Shown: one piece after another, positions 49,303-62,700 of the stretch | How the letters are laid out: each line of letters opens with the position of its first letter | Numbering within the stretch: the first letter of the stretch is position 1 | DNA from: Takakia lepidozioides | Lineage: Eukaryota > Plantae > Bryophyta | DNA length: 64,000 nt | Reading direction: 5' to 3' | NCBI GenBank assembly: GCA_030704615.1 | Contig: CM060732.1 | Coordinates: forward strand, 19,344,001 to 19,408,000 | Made by a program: the position numbers and the translations under genes | The notes under the pieces: model-generated | Databases searched by the model: none | Seen by the model: only the letters and a program-made list of their open reading frames with translations | What the model was told of the DNA's origin: nothing

Positions 49303-51587
49303 GTGAAGCTGTGGGAGCTGGGTTACCAACATGTTGCAGGCGTGGATGAGGCAGGGCGTGGTCCTCTGGCTGGCCCTGTGGTGGCAGCCGCATGTATCAT
49401 CCCAGCCTCTGTCACGATTTCAGGCAAAAATCTTCTCAACTTAGAATTGTCGAATTGAGTCTTTTGCATGGTCCGATCACTTCCCTCTCTTCCCTTCAAC
49501 ATGGTGTCTCCTCTCTTCTACCCTGTTCTGGTCAACTTTAAACCCCACACAGAAGAAACCACACAGAACAACTTGTGGAAAGAGAAGTAAAGCCAGCCAG
49601 ATTATAACTTGATGTGTTGGCTATGGACTGGCAAAACAAGTTGACTTTGTCATTATTCACATGTAAAACTGCAGGTGTTGATGACAGCAAGAGGTTGACT
49701 GAAGAGAGACGAGAGGAACTCTACTCTCAGATCATAACAACACGGGGTGTCACTTATGCTGTATGTAATTCACTCTGTGGTTGCACTTTGCCCTGCACAC
49801 AACCCAGAGTGATGGGCAGCTGCCTCCCCCCATGCATGTCATTCCTGTGGTAAATGTAGGGCTACAAAACTAAAATCAATAACTCTGCAACCGGGCTGTG
49901 GGTATAAGCTAAACCCTGGTGGGTGCAAACCTCACAAAAGGCTCTGGGAGGGTTAGTTTGCCATGGGGTTGATGGCCGTAAGGCTATGGCAAGCCATGTT
50001 TGCAGGGATCAATATGAGTACATTCTGTGGTTGCACTCCTGATTTAATTTCAATTTGAATTAATTTGAGGTGTGCACATTATGTTTAATTATTTAGTCAC
50101 TCATTTATGAAAGTTGGCAGAATTGTGTGATGATTTCCCAAAGCCTTAGATGTTACAATCCAGCAAAACAATCATTCCAAGCAAATCCTGGCAACCAGGA
50201 TTAGAGTGCAACGACGTTGGAGAGGCCAAAAAGAGAAGTCTTTTACCCCAGAGCTTTCCTTCCAAAACTGGTCCTATCTGCTTCACTACGTTGTGCCATA
50301 GCTATATATGACATCCACGATGTCAATCTATCAGTTCACTGTACATTTTAATGTGATCCTTGCATGTGTGGAAGCACTGGATATCTGATTATTTCAAACT
50401 TAGTCAATGACGTCTCTATTCAGGTTCATGTGGTAGATGCAGCGACAATTGATGAAGTCAACATTCTACAGGTCCTCTACAGGTTCACCCACGTCTTTTC
50501 TGTATTCCATTCTGAGACGGGAGCTCTACACGTCACCCTTTTCATTGGGTGAGGGTGGGAGATGAGAGAGATGGATTAGAGGAAAAGTAGCTGAGGGGTT
50601 GAAGGGGTACCACAGGTGTCATTCCATTGGAATCATGTCTCTTGTCATGGGAATGTCTTTCCGAATCATAAGACAGCTGTTCATGATGCAAAGCCAGAGC
50701 TAATGACCAGGATGTCTTCGGAATGGATCCAGGCAACTTTACAGGCAATGGCTGCCTGTGTGAAGAAGCTCAGTTCACACAAGAATCAGGAGGCTATTCC
50801 CGACTACATCCTTGTAGATGGCAACCGGCTTCCAGACGAATTCTCTGAAGATAATGCAGAGTGTGTTGTGAAGGTACAGGAGAACACCTTTGACTTGAAA
50901 CAATGCAGCTACCTACTCAAAAGATTTATTACCTTACCCTCTATTAGTTAAAAACTATGATAACTACACAAAAGTGAGCTAATCTAACTAGTCTTAGGTT
51001 TCATATGGAGCTTTTGTGTACCTATGGTCGGTCACCTGGTCAGGTCTTGTTCATCCCATTTCACTGACATATTTGGTCTTTGGATTTTACTGATAATTTA
51101 GGCATGGAATGGTTTGCTTCTCAGGATCAGGGGTTTGCTAGAGTGGGTTCTAATGTGACCGGGTAAGAAAAGGTTGCAACTTGCTTACCAGGGCTGGGTG
51201 TGTGTAGGGAGATGCAAAGTGTCATGTGATTGCTGCAGCCTCCATATTGGCCAAGGTCACTCGTGATCGCATGATGTTGGCCTATGATAAGTGCGCCTCT
51301 GCACTTTATACTGATGAATTATACCACTGGCATTGGCCTGATTCCTCTTCTCTCTCTCTCCTTTTTGCCTTGTTTTGTGTCTGTTCTCCCCCAGCTCCTA
51401 CTATTGAAGATGTTGCTTTGGCCATGTGGACAGAAAGTGGCCGGAGTATGGCTTCAGAGCACACAAGGGGTATGGAACGGTTGCACACATAGCAGCGCTG
51501 CTGAAGTATGGACCCTGTCATATACACAGACGGTCCTTTGCTCCTTTGAAAGATCAATTGCTCCTTACTAAGGACTTACTGCCATGA
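49303..51587 (+). CDS. rnhB: Bacterial-type ribonuclease HII, probably organellar; 5' exons unresolved (possibly 48.0-49.1 kb)
   Basis: Exons 49303-49423 ([19 protein letters not shown]), 49675-49760 (DDSKRL), 50424-50471 (IDEVNILQ), 50733-50873 (LVDGN), 51208-51290 ([18 protein letters not shown]), 51434-51587 (YGF..HKGYGT..H...[10 protein letters not shown], stop). Confidence 0.93.
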
Positions 51588-52053
51588 TATGAAGACTTGG
51601 TTGAGTTTTCCAAGACCTTGCTACCAAAACTGTGAATTGGTGAAAGTGATGACTAACTACTTTCATCTCAAGTTTTGGAGCTGTCGTCGGTCTTCATGAG
51701 GAAGCAAGTGAATGTGAAGATTAGAATCAAATAGCCCTTTGGTTAGCTATCTATCTGACTGCCTACTGGCCGCATCAAACATTCAAACATTCTATTGAAC
51801 AGCAATGCCACAAATTCATTCCAGTTCTCTCTGTCCAAGACATACTCCTTTCTTCTGAACAAATATTCACAACTGCCAGTGTCCCCATGTACAAATGAGG
51901 TTGGGTAGCATGTGCGCTCGCTCACGATGGCGTGAGCCTGCTTATGCGAGCAGATAGGCATATTCTGTATGTTCCTGGAAAATCAAAAGAATATGCCATA
52001 GCGAAACCAAACGGTGCTCATGCGTAAAGCCCACTCAAAAAATTTAACGAAAT

Positions 52054-52152
52054 TATCATGAAAGCCGTGCTCGCGCGACAAAATCTATGAACTAATTGTC
52101 TATTATCATGAAAGCCGTGCTCGCGCGACAAAACCTATGAACTAATTGTCTA
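52054..52152 (+). repeat. Tandem duplication of ~50 bp
   Basis: TTATCATGAAAGCCGTGCTCGCGCGACAAAA.CTATGAACTAATTGTCTA occurs twice. Confidence 0.9.
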
Positions 52153-52229
52153 AAGTTGAACTCAGGTGAGCACAAACAACCACAAATATTTCTGCCAGAA
52201 CTGCAATGATCAGTACAATGTGACATTAA

Positions 52230-53461
52230 CCCTTAAGTGTCAAAACTCATTTTCACCCTCTCGTGGAAAAACATGACCCTGGCCCACAAAAAAAAAAAAT
52301 CTATAGAATCTCTGTGTCCCTGTAAAACTGACCGTTGGAATTACTTCCCACCTACCCCACCTCCTACCACAAAAAGTTTCACCAAAATCCAACTGCCAGA
52401 TCTGAAGATTATAAAGTGTAGATTGGGGACAAAAAAAAATCTCCACTGAGAACTAGGTGCCAAAAAAAGCAGTTTTTTGCTCGTATTTGGGCATTTATAA
52501 TTTTTTCTGTTTGAGAGTCTCAAGAATGTTGTTCCACACCTGATAACACACATTCTCATAAAAATTTCAGTTTTTTCTGAAATGTTCTCAAGTGGGCTCC
52601 TTTGTAGTGACAAATTGGGGGGTCAAAATATGTCATTTTCTTTGGGCAGGCCAAAATCTCTCTTCCTAAAATTAATTATACAAAAACATTCAGCCGATCA
52701 ATCCCTAATCCCTCCGGTTGAAATGTCATGGGCTTCCATATGAAGTCCCCGAAAAACTTTGAGGCCAATCAGCCAATGCACCCCATCCTTAGGTTCCCTG
52801 CCCAAGACTTCAAATGGCACACCTTTGGTATAGCATGCAGGCCTAGGATATTTGGAGCCATAGCCCAGAAGGGCGCGGGGTTTGGGAGCTCGTCTGGCTA
52901 CCCGGCCCTGCTTTCATGGGGGGCCACTCCACCCTCAACCCTCTCAAACCCCCGCCCTAGGTTTGGCCCACCCCTCCCGGCGTTTTTCTCGAGCCCCGAG
53001 CTCTGCCGCCATCGCGGTTGCACTCCCTCCAGCCCGCCCTGCATGGCATTAGCCGGAGCTGCCATCACCGTGGATTCAGGCTAGGGCCCAGGCCTGGGAA
53101 TGCCCAGACCTGCGCCAGGCGCCATGCCCCTGCCGGGCAATCAAGGGGCTTGGGGGAGCGTGCCTCCCTAACCTTTATGGGGTATCTTTCAGTCACCCTA
53201 ACCTGACCGCAGTTGCCATGTCAGCAACTTGGGCAGGTTAGGGGGCCCAAATTGGCCTCAAAAAGCTGAGTGTGCCCCCTTCCAATTGGTCTAGACCCAT
53301 ACCCCTTCAGGCATTGACCAATTGGCCAATGCCATATGAAGGGGGACCCGATTATCTGTCGATTGAGCCAAAAAAAAGGCCAATCAGCCTTAACCACAGG
53401 AAGTTATGGCTGGTTGAAGAAACCTAACCGACCCAAAACGGGTCGGTTTGACACTTAAGGG
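52230..53461. mobile_element. Non-autonomous piggyBac-like TTAA element, 1232 bp
   Basis: TTAA|CCCTTAAGTGTCAAA ... TTTGACACTTAAGGG|TTAA: perfect 15-bp TIRs with TTAA on both sides. No transposase ORF. Confidence 0.82.
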
Positions 53462-54035
53462 TTAAAAACCCAATATGTGAATTTTTACAAACATATGTTA
53501 AGACATATGTGTACAACATCCCCAATAACCACCCAGAAATTGGGTTTCGTCAGCGAAATTTGGGGTATTTTTTTTGGTGTTTCTCCCTTTCAAGCTCCTT
53601 TTATATGTTTAAAATTCTATTTACACACCATGTAGATCCTATTAACGCAAAAAGACCCCATGTCCGTCTATTATATGTATTTCCGTTGGCATACATATTA
53701 CCCCCATAACCGTGGATCCGGCTATCCCCCTGTTCCAATCACCGGAACCGCATCTTTTTCATCCCAAACGGAGGCTGTTTAAAACAACCTCCGGATATGT
53801 ATTAGTAGCCGCCAAGAACACAAAGGATTCGAATGTGAGGGGGGTCACGTGCCCCGCAACGCGGATGTGCGAGGCTCACGCAGGGGTGGTGACGGCCGTG
53901 TTGGTGGGTGCGTTGATGGCGGCGTACCTGCGATCGCTCTCCCTCCACTCTTGTCTAGTGTCGTGTCCACTGGGAGACACACATTCTTTCTGTCAGCGGA
54001 GCGGACTGCAGCTGGAAGATCAACACGACGGTGCG

Positions 54036-55546
54036 ATGAATCGGATTGTTGTGGCTTTGTTTGTCTTGTCTGCGTTGACAGCCATCTCTCAGGTGTAATC
54101 AAGAGCAGACGGAATCTCTCCTTTGCTTAGGACTTCATGGCTGTTGATGTTAGTTTCTCCTGGTTTTGGGAGAAGAGTCGCTAGTGAGGTCATGTAGACT
54201 GTAATGTACAAGTTGTGAGATTGTATGTACGCCTCGTCTTGCATTGCTTGTGAGAGGACAGCAAACTACTGCTAAGTTTGTGCATGTAGCGTAGTTTCTC
54301 GAATTATGGAATTGGGATTTACATTACCTGTCAGAAGCGGCCTGGCGCCAGGCTTGAGGTTCTGGGTCCCGAGTCCCGAGTTTCCGTGCTCGGCAACCCA
54401 TTGCACTTGAACGTCAAACTGATCTGGAGAGTGACTCTATGCCAGGAGTCGCTAGAGGTTAATCTTTTGATGGATGGCGGGGCAGGCTTCATCCAGCTGT
54501 GACGTGGTCGAAGAAGAGACCGATGGAAGCCAGGGTGGGGCCAGACAGAAGGTTGTAATTCTCGTGGTTTTCTTTGCCATGCATGCACTCGACTTCAAGT
54601 CTTTTTTCGCCCAAACAAGCTCGTTCCAAGCCCCGGTTAAAAAGGACTAGTGGGAACGGGCAGGCGGGATCCAGGATCGACATCTCCGACTTGTAGAGTT
54701 TTTGGCAGCTTCGCACCATGGCTTCCTGTTTCCATGTGGATACTTGCCTGATATTTGCAATCCGACTCGAGAGTGTACATATACATCCGTGGTCTGTCCA
54801 TATATGCGCGGTCTAATTAATGCTCTTATTAGTGTACTGTACTTGTGTATTTTGTGATACAGCTGGGTGAGACTATCCTGCGCAAGCTGCTACAACAACC
54901 AATTGGTATGTGCATTCGACGCTGCAAATCTCAGGACTGCAATATTTTAGAAGGCTCCGAGTCACTTCTGTTACAGCATCAGTGTGCCTACTGCTGTCCA
55001 GAGCAGACTAAGCTGATTTCGCTACTCCCCGTCGAAGTCCTGGATACAGAATGAAGTACTGGAATCCTGGCCTCCGGTATATGATGTGGAATCACATTTA
55101 TACCATGCACATGATAATTCCAGACCATTGGTTTCGATTTTGGAATCACGGTAGTGCTTTCTGTAATGAGGGTTGTGTCCATATAAAGAATGCAGCATCA
55201 GTACAGGATCTCAGCACAGACACAAAAAAGGCACAAAATTAATATATAGATACCTCAAGCTGCTTCTCTGTATCTAGAATATTGGTGCAAGTGCATGTCA
55301 GTCACGGAGTTTCGGGTTCAACCATCGTCCCGATTCTAATTGAATGACCTGTGTTTCTCCACAGACTGTGCTGCAGCATGCGATGTCCGGTGCTCAAAGG
55401 CGTCCAGGCAGTCTTATTGCCTGCGCTTCTGTAACATCTGCTGCTCCAAATGCAATTGCGTGCCTCCTGGCACTTCTGGCAACAAAGAAACATGCCCTTG
55501 CTATGCCAATATGAAGAACTCCAAGGGGACGTCAAAGTGTCCTTGA
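54036..55546 (+). CDS. GASA/Snakin cysteine-rich secreted peptide
   Basis: Exons 54036-54092 (signal peptide [19 protein letters not shown]), 54863-54905 (RKLLQ) and 55365-55546 (12-Cys GASA domain C..CC..C.CVPPGT.GN...CPCY.......KCP). Intron phases are consistent. Confidence 0.95.
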
Positions 55547-56739
55547 GGTCTAGTTCGTGCACACGCCTTCCCCCAGCTTCTCTCAGAGCCCACAATTAAA
55601 CCACTCTACCACAAAGCTGGTATACAAAACACATGTTATGCAAGGTAGCACTGCAATCTTCAGTCAATGACCTCACAGTCCTGTGTTCGCTTTGTCACAT
55701 ATTTTGTGGGATTCAGGACCAAAGGCATTTTGTTGTGAGAGTGATTATGGAAACCGACTTGCTTTGTACTAAGGGCTCTTAGCAGAGTTGCAATGGATTT
55801 CCTTGCAGAGAAATAATTCTCAGTATCAAACGAATGCAAAGTTGGAATATCAAACGTTCTTGTGGGCTTCTTTTCACACTAACTGCTATCCTTTGGAATC
55901 TGCAAATACGCTGTGTTTGATTACAACATGCACCATTTGCATTGTCAGATCACAAGGCCTCAGTCCTTAGGGTGTTTATGGTTTTGGGAGTGTGATAACT
56001 TGAGTAATATGGATTACGGGGCAAAGCTCCTTTATCTTCCTCATGGTTTCCCTAGTGAGGTTATTTTTTCCTCACTTCCTCTGTAATCCGCTTTTTTGGA
56101 ATAAATTCTCCAGGGCCTCAGATCCCTGTTTGCCAAAAAAAAGAAAAAAAAAGAAAAAAAGAAAAATAGACACTCCTGTTTTCATGATTCATTCTTGTAG
56201 ATTTCACTAGAATTCTCCTAGAACAAATTTGCAGGATGATGAAGCTTCTCCATTTGGTGCCATTATATTTGGGAAGTACCCTTTCACCATTGGTAATTTG
56301 CTCTAACCATTACGATCCCTACACAAGTGTTTTTCCCATCCAGGAGCTGCTTTACTTCTGAGTTACAGTTTTTGTTGCTTGCCAAAACGTAGCAGATGCT
56401 GGTGATGCAACAGTCATCACACAGCAACTAGAGCTGCTTCCCACCTGAGCTTGAGGTTGTGGGGAGCATATGGGGCAAAAAGGGGTGCCACAGGACATTC
56501 CTCATAATTATATGTTTAGGTGTGTTGCAAGGACTTGGAATCGGATGGCCCACATGCACCCTGATAGAACGAAATTTTTTGTCATTGCGGACTTTAGTGT
56601 CAGCAACTAACTTTCAATTTCAACTCAAAGGTTATGGGTGGAAGATTTCCAGGGCTACAAAATCAGGATTTAATTTGCAAATCAAAGGTGTAAGCTCGCC
56701 AGGCAGCACCAGTGCCTGACAAGGCATTATCAGCTAGGA

Positions 56740-59700
56740 TTAAACTGGCTTTCTTCGTAATCCAGTCAGGCCAGTCGAAGGGCGTTGATTCTCAGAGGGT
56801 GCATGGTTTCTGGGCTTCACTGAGCTCTCGACATGATTGTCATTGATAAGAACAACATCAGTATGCTCGGTGTCACCACTGTAGAACACATGTGCTTTGT
56901 TGAAGTGGACTAACTTCTCCTCATTCGTGAATATGATGGATTGTGAGAAGTCGGTGCAGACATTAGCATCTCGCGAGTGGTTTGGACAGGCTTGCCTCAA
57001 AAAACCTTTGTACACCAGCGCATCATCAATGTACAACTGCTCCGTTGCACCCCTCAGGTTTCAGAACCAAGCAATCAATCGTGTCATTCTTTGACTTTAG
57101 GGCAATAGTTTCTTAGGATTTGTGGTAATCTACTTTTGGTCAAAGCTGCTGATCAATGATTCCTGCAATTTTGGAGGCCTGACAGGCCCTCAACCTGCTG
57201 TGGCTGTAATAGGGTTCTTCCTCTACAACCTTCTTTGCCTGTGATACATTCTGATTCCATAAGCTCTATGGGCTTTCATGGATGATCTGAAATGATCCCA
57301 CGCTTCCAAGAATCACATTATGCTTCTACAACATAATTACTGCTCTTCCTTGACTTAAGCCTAATCATTTTACAGGTGAGACATTCCAGATTCACAAAGT
57401 TATGCATTACCTGAGTATCCTTGCAGCTCTTTTACCCTTCATTTAGTGACGAGTATGATATTGCACACTTACCGGTTAACCATACAGTTGGTTATGCCTA
57501 CAGACCTAGTGGAATACAACATTTTCCCTGTTGCTGCCTTGACGTCACTGACCAAGACATTAGCTACCAGAGCTTTTCAAAACAGATGGTTACAGAGATT
57601 TTGCAACCTGCAAGTCCTTCCTTGATCTCTGTTGCTAGTTGTGACATTGCAACAAGGAAACCTCAAGCAAGTCTGATTGGGAAGCACAGGTATGGCGCTT
57701 ACTTCAAATTCACGAACACCGCGAGCAGGAGTCTTACTGTAGTTCCAAATATGGATCAATGACAACATGACAGGTTCTCCGAAGAAGATGTATATGTAGT
57801 TTTTCTGCACACACCACTTTTAATGTGCAGATCAATGAGTGACTTACCAAGTGAAGCGCATATAGTACATGGAAAGTCAAATTGACACGCACAACACAAG
57901 GCAGCTCTGACAAGTTGACCATATGAAGCTTGTCTCAGTAGTCAGTTGGATCCCTTGGCTATACCAAGATTCATAGAGCTGGCTGTAACCAAGATTCTCT
58001 CTCACCTGATGTTAATATAGAGAAGGAAGACTCTTGCCAATGCAAGCGTAACTTATGGTGTCACTTCACCGCGAAGGGCTACTGCCTTCTGCTTGGAAGG
58101 TGGACCGATGTTAATGTACATACAATGGAGCAGATGAAGCATGATAGCAGTCACCTTGCCCGGATCGTGAAGAGTGAGCCACATGTGCTGATCATCCCAA
58201 GTGTTGTTAATACCATCGAATAACTTGTCAACTGTGCGCATATCGTCAATACCAGGCAAATCATTGATGCTGCTGGGCATTGCATGCATATTGCCTTCCA
58301 CATAGCGTGTCAAGCAGCACAATCTTCTTGAACCTTGTCATTTATAATCAAGCTGCAGCTGTCTAGATTAGTGGCATTGCCGTCAAATGTCACTGAGGTC
58401 TACCCGGCCACTTCTTTTTCATGTGCAGAGTATATAACTAACTCCATTTTCCAGTCAGACGCAACTCGGAAAAAAACCTATCAAGTGAATTATCTCCGTG
58501 ATAGAGAAATAACAGCATCAAAACAGAGATGGAAGGATACATGGCAACATATGCACAAGCTGGCCTGCTTCATTGTGTAGCTCAATGCCATTCAGGCCCA
58601 TGTAGTGCCGGTCCCCCCACGTTGATAGCAGCACAAACTTGAATATGTCTGCAGACTTTGGCATTAAGAAGTCCACAGCTGTTGATATAGAAATTTAACC
58701 CACGTATGGCTTCAGACTCACTTGATATGCGTGGGACTGAACTTATCATGATTTAGGCTCTAGGCTGCGAGTACTGCCTGCCAAGCACCAAGCCATACAC
58801 ACAGAATTTGGATACCATACAAGTGTGCAGGGGTATAACTAAACATACAATGCTCCTGGACAACATTGAAACCCTGAGGCGGTGCTTGATTAGAAGTGTG
58901 AATTAAGAGAACAACACTTTGTTTAAGGAACCAAAACTCCAACTTGGTGTCAGCGAGAAAGCAGGATACGGCCACATGGCAAGAGGGGTGTCTCATAGTC
59001 CTGACGCAGCACCTCATTGTGACTATGCCTTCGCTTCGCCTGCTCCCTCCACTTGTGCTGCAACCATCACCCATCCATCAATTCCTGCCTAATATTTTCA
59101 CAGCTGCAAAAAAGCTGGAGCTGTATGTTATCCACAAATAAAAATGAGCTAGCCCCTGCACTGTGCTGTGCAGGCCAGCCAACTTACAAGCACCACTTTT
59201 GTCAGGCATGGCATGGACAGACACTGCTTGGCTAACCAAGTATGACAATCCCACATCTTCTTGACATAACCAACATGAATATTTAATCAGTAGTATACTG
59301 CATGCTCTACCTGCTCCATCTTGCGCTTGTTGTGCAGAAGGTCATGGTTACAGCTTAGCAGTGGTAGGAGCTGCCCAAAATCAAACTTATCCATGCCAGG
59401 AGCTGCACTCCTCCCACATGATGTCTGTTAGCATGTTGCACTAGCTTACCCACATACTAAGTTGTCGTACCCAATCAGCTCAGTATAAGTGAGATACAAG
59501 TCTAGCCCAACAAAGATGATGGTCAGCCACATATAGCCACCAAAAACCAATTAGTACCCAAAACGTCAACCGAGCGTTGGAGTTCAAGATTAGGTGTAAA
59601 CTGCACCTTTTCGAACAAGGTGGCCACCGGGTGGAGAGACCTCAAGAGCATCCACAAAAACGCGCATCCATTTCACCTGTAAGTACAAGCCCACTTAAAC

Positions 59701-62700
59701 AGGTATGCCACCATCCTTGCAGCAGGACAGTGCACAGAGTGAACACACAGTCAGAAATGTATGGTCACATCCAGAAGATTCTGAGTCCACCTTGGTTGTC
59801 GCTGATCACTGCATCTCACTTGTGCTTGATGTTCACTTTCAAAAGTTTCCCATGGTGTATTATCTTTTATGGATGAGAAGGATACCCCACGGAATGTGTC
59901 ATCAGGCGATTTGTTGTAGTTCCAAATCTTCAATGCACTGATGGGCACAGGCTTGCCAAAGTCAATGGCAAGCCAGTGCTCCGACCCAGATTTATCATAT
60001 GGTATGAGCCACATGTGCCGATCATTGGTGGTGGTGCAGCACCCATCCACTAGTTTGTCCAGTGTGCGCTCATCCATCCTATGTCCCACCACCTTCTCAT
60101 TCAAGTCTCTTGGCTTTGCCGACAGTGCATCCTCTCCCACCACATGTACACCTCCTTCTTCATCAAGCACCTGCAGTCAGAAGTCCACCTATCCTGACTA
60201 AAAAGATGGAGGTGCAGATGTGCAGATGACTACCATCCCCTCTCATCATTCAATGATTGAGTTTCTCTTCCATAAAAATTTAGCTACTTGGAATCCATGA
60301 AGGCAGACCATTTACATAGTCTCATACTAAATGCATACAGCAGGAGAGAGGTGGAATGGGGTAAATAACAAGCCTGGATTGCAGTGAGGCCCATGTAGTG
60401 GGGGTCGGCCCATGTATCAAGCAACTTGAGCTTCAAGATGCGTCCAATCGGACAACCTACAGTGTCCTCACATTGTGCTTTCTCTCCAGGTCCATCCCCA
60501 GTGTCAGTCGTGAAGTGGCACCGCAAGCTACTTGGATTGCATCGGATAGCTGAAGTTACAGGCCGCCCACCAGCATCAACGTCAGAAGGTATCGTAGCGG
60601 CTGTCACAGGGTTGCTTGGAGATGCAGCCACTGGGTTGCGTCCTGCAGTGATAGGACGTCTCAAGGGTGCAATGGCAGCTGCCACTGTTTCCTGGGCCAA
60701 AGCAGTCTCTGTTTCTTTGTAGTAGCACAGGTCGTACAATTCGATTGCAACAAGAGCTGCCTGATGAAATACAGCCATACTAGTTGCATTATACTTGGTG
60801 GTCAGTCTAGCTTTGTGGCAACTGTTGTACATTGCTTCTCACACCCTTTCGATGTCCTCACAGCAGTCCACTCCATTGCTGATGTGTCCATTAAAGTAGT
60901 GCATTGCCCATAAATTAATCACAAACAGAACACGTGTTTATAAAGAACTTAAATGAATACATCAATCTGATGATCCTGACAAACAGTACATAAGGCACCA
61001 GGTTTTGTGCAGACTGATAGTTAGCCAATGCAAGCTGTGGGTTATCTCCCTCTGGATTTGGGCACCACCTCTGATGGGAAGCCAACAATCAAAGAAATGG
61101 TGAACACAACTTGAATAGAGAAAAAAGGATCTCCTTGTGAGTGAACATGGATACTAGATTCTTATCTGCACCTTTCTTTCAGGAAGGGGTCAGGCACTAA
61201 GGATGTAAAATATATAGAATGAAATCCACACCTCATCGTCTGTGAACAAAATTGGTTCAGAATGCTTGGCAGCATCTGCAAGGAGCCCTGAAGCCTTTCT
61301 CACTTCACCAAGGAAAATGAGTTTGTCATTGAACCTCATCTCCACCACTCTAGCTCCTCGAAAGGAATGAATGCGTGACTTATTGTAATTCCAGAATCGC
61401 AGCATGCCCAAGGTCGTGGGGGAGTCTAGTGTGATAGTAATAGTGTGTGGCTTGCCAGGGGTGAAAGGAGCCAGCCACACATGAAAGTCATCACATGTCA
61501 TATTCACATTATCCAACAACTTGTCCACTGTGCGCGGGTCACTGATGTAGCCTGGAGTGCCGGCATTTCAAGTCACACCCAGCCATTGCATACGTTTCCA
61601 TATTAATAAACCATATATAGCTTGCTCCTGGACATAGCTGGCCAAATATGACATAAAGGTTGTCCTGCAAGCTTTGTCAACTGGCATCAATGAAAGCACA
61701 GTGATGTTAGCATTTGAAAGACAAAGAGTACCTCGGTCAACGTCAAACTACCTGGAAGGATGTTGATGTCAGGTGGATCTGCAATAACTTGCTTGAGTGG
61801 ATTGCTGAGCTGCACCAGGTGGCCTCTGCTGTCAAAAATTTCAATGCCAGACAACCCCACATAATGGGGATCCCCCCAGGTGGAAAGAATATTGATAACT
61901 AGCACAAGACCATGGGGCAGCATGGGAATCACAAAGGCATCCATCTTGATACTACCCCCTGCCAACTCTGCAGATGGCTGCAATACCTTCACCTCAGATT
62001 CATTGGGCTTCTCTCTTCCCTTCTTTTGCTTATTGAGGTGTGAGCCGCCATTACATTCAAAAGCTGTGGGGAGTAGCTCTCTCTCATGGCCTGCCTTGCC
62101 ATTAAAATCTTTTTCTTTCATGTCAGGCACAGATACACCAGAGGGAATCCGTGACCCAGTCTCAGTAATGACGGGAAAGGAAGTGGAATGTTGTACCATG
62201 TCTTCTGTCTGAGCCACAGGGCAGGATGAACTCAGCTGGTGGGTAACTAAATGGGAACTCTTGAACTGGGCCAATGAATCCCATGACTCCGACATCACAG
62301 GCCTGCTAGGGGTTTTTGAGAACAGTAGCGGGCCACCACACGGTACATGTCTGGGGCTCCTGCCAATGCTGTCCGGTCTTCGTTCATTGGTGAAGTCTGG
62401 ACTTGGGGGGGATGCACAAGCAATTGAGACTTTGGCGATGGAAGGGCCAAGGTCTTGATGTAAAAGCATGCCATTGGCTTCAAAAACCATGTCAGGAGGT
62501 GGGTCATCTAAATTGGTTAATCTAAGACCTAGTCCTAACTTGAGCACAACTTTGCGGAGCCCGGAGAAGGCCATATGCATCAACTTTTGTTTCCGTGGGC
62601 TGCATAAATAGCCAGTCCCTTGTCTCCCCCTTCTGTTCACTTTGCTGTGGATGCAATCAGACGTCAGGAAGGCTTCTTCAATCTCCTTATCTAGAGCAGC

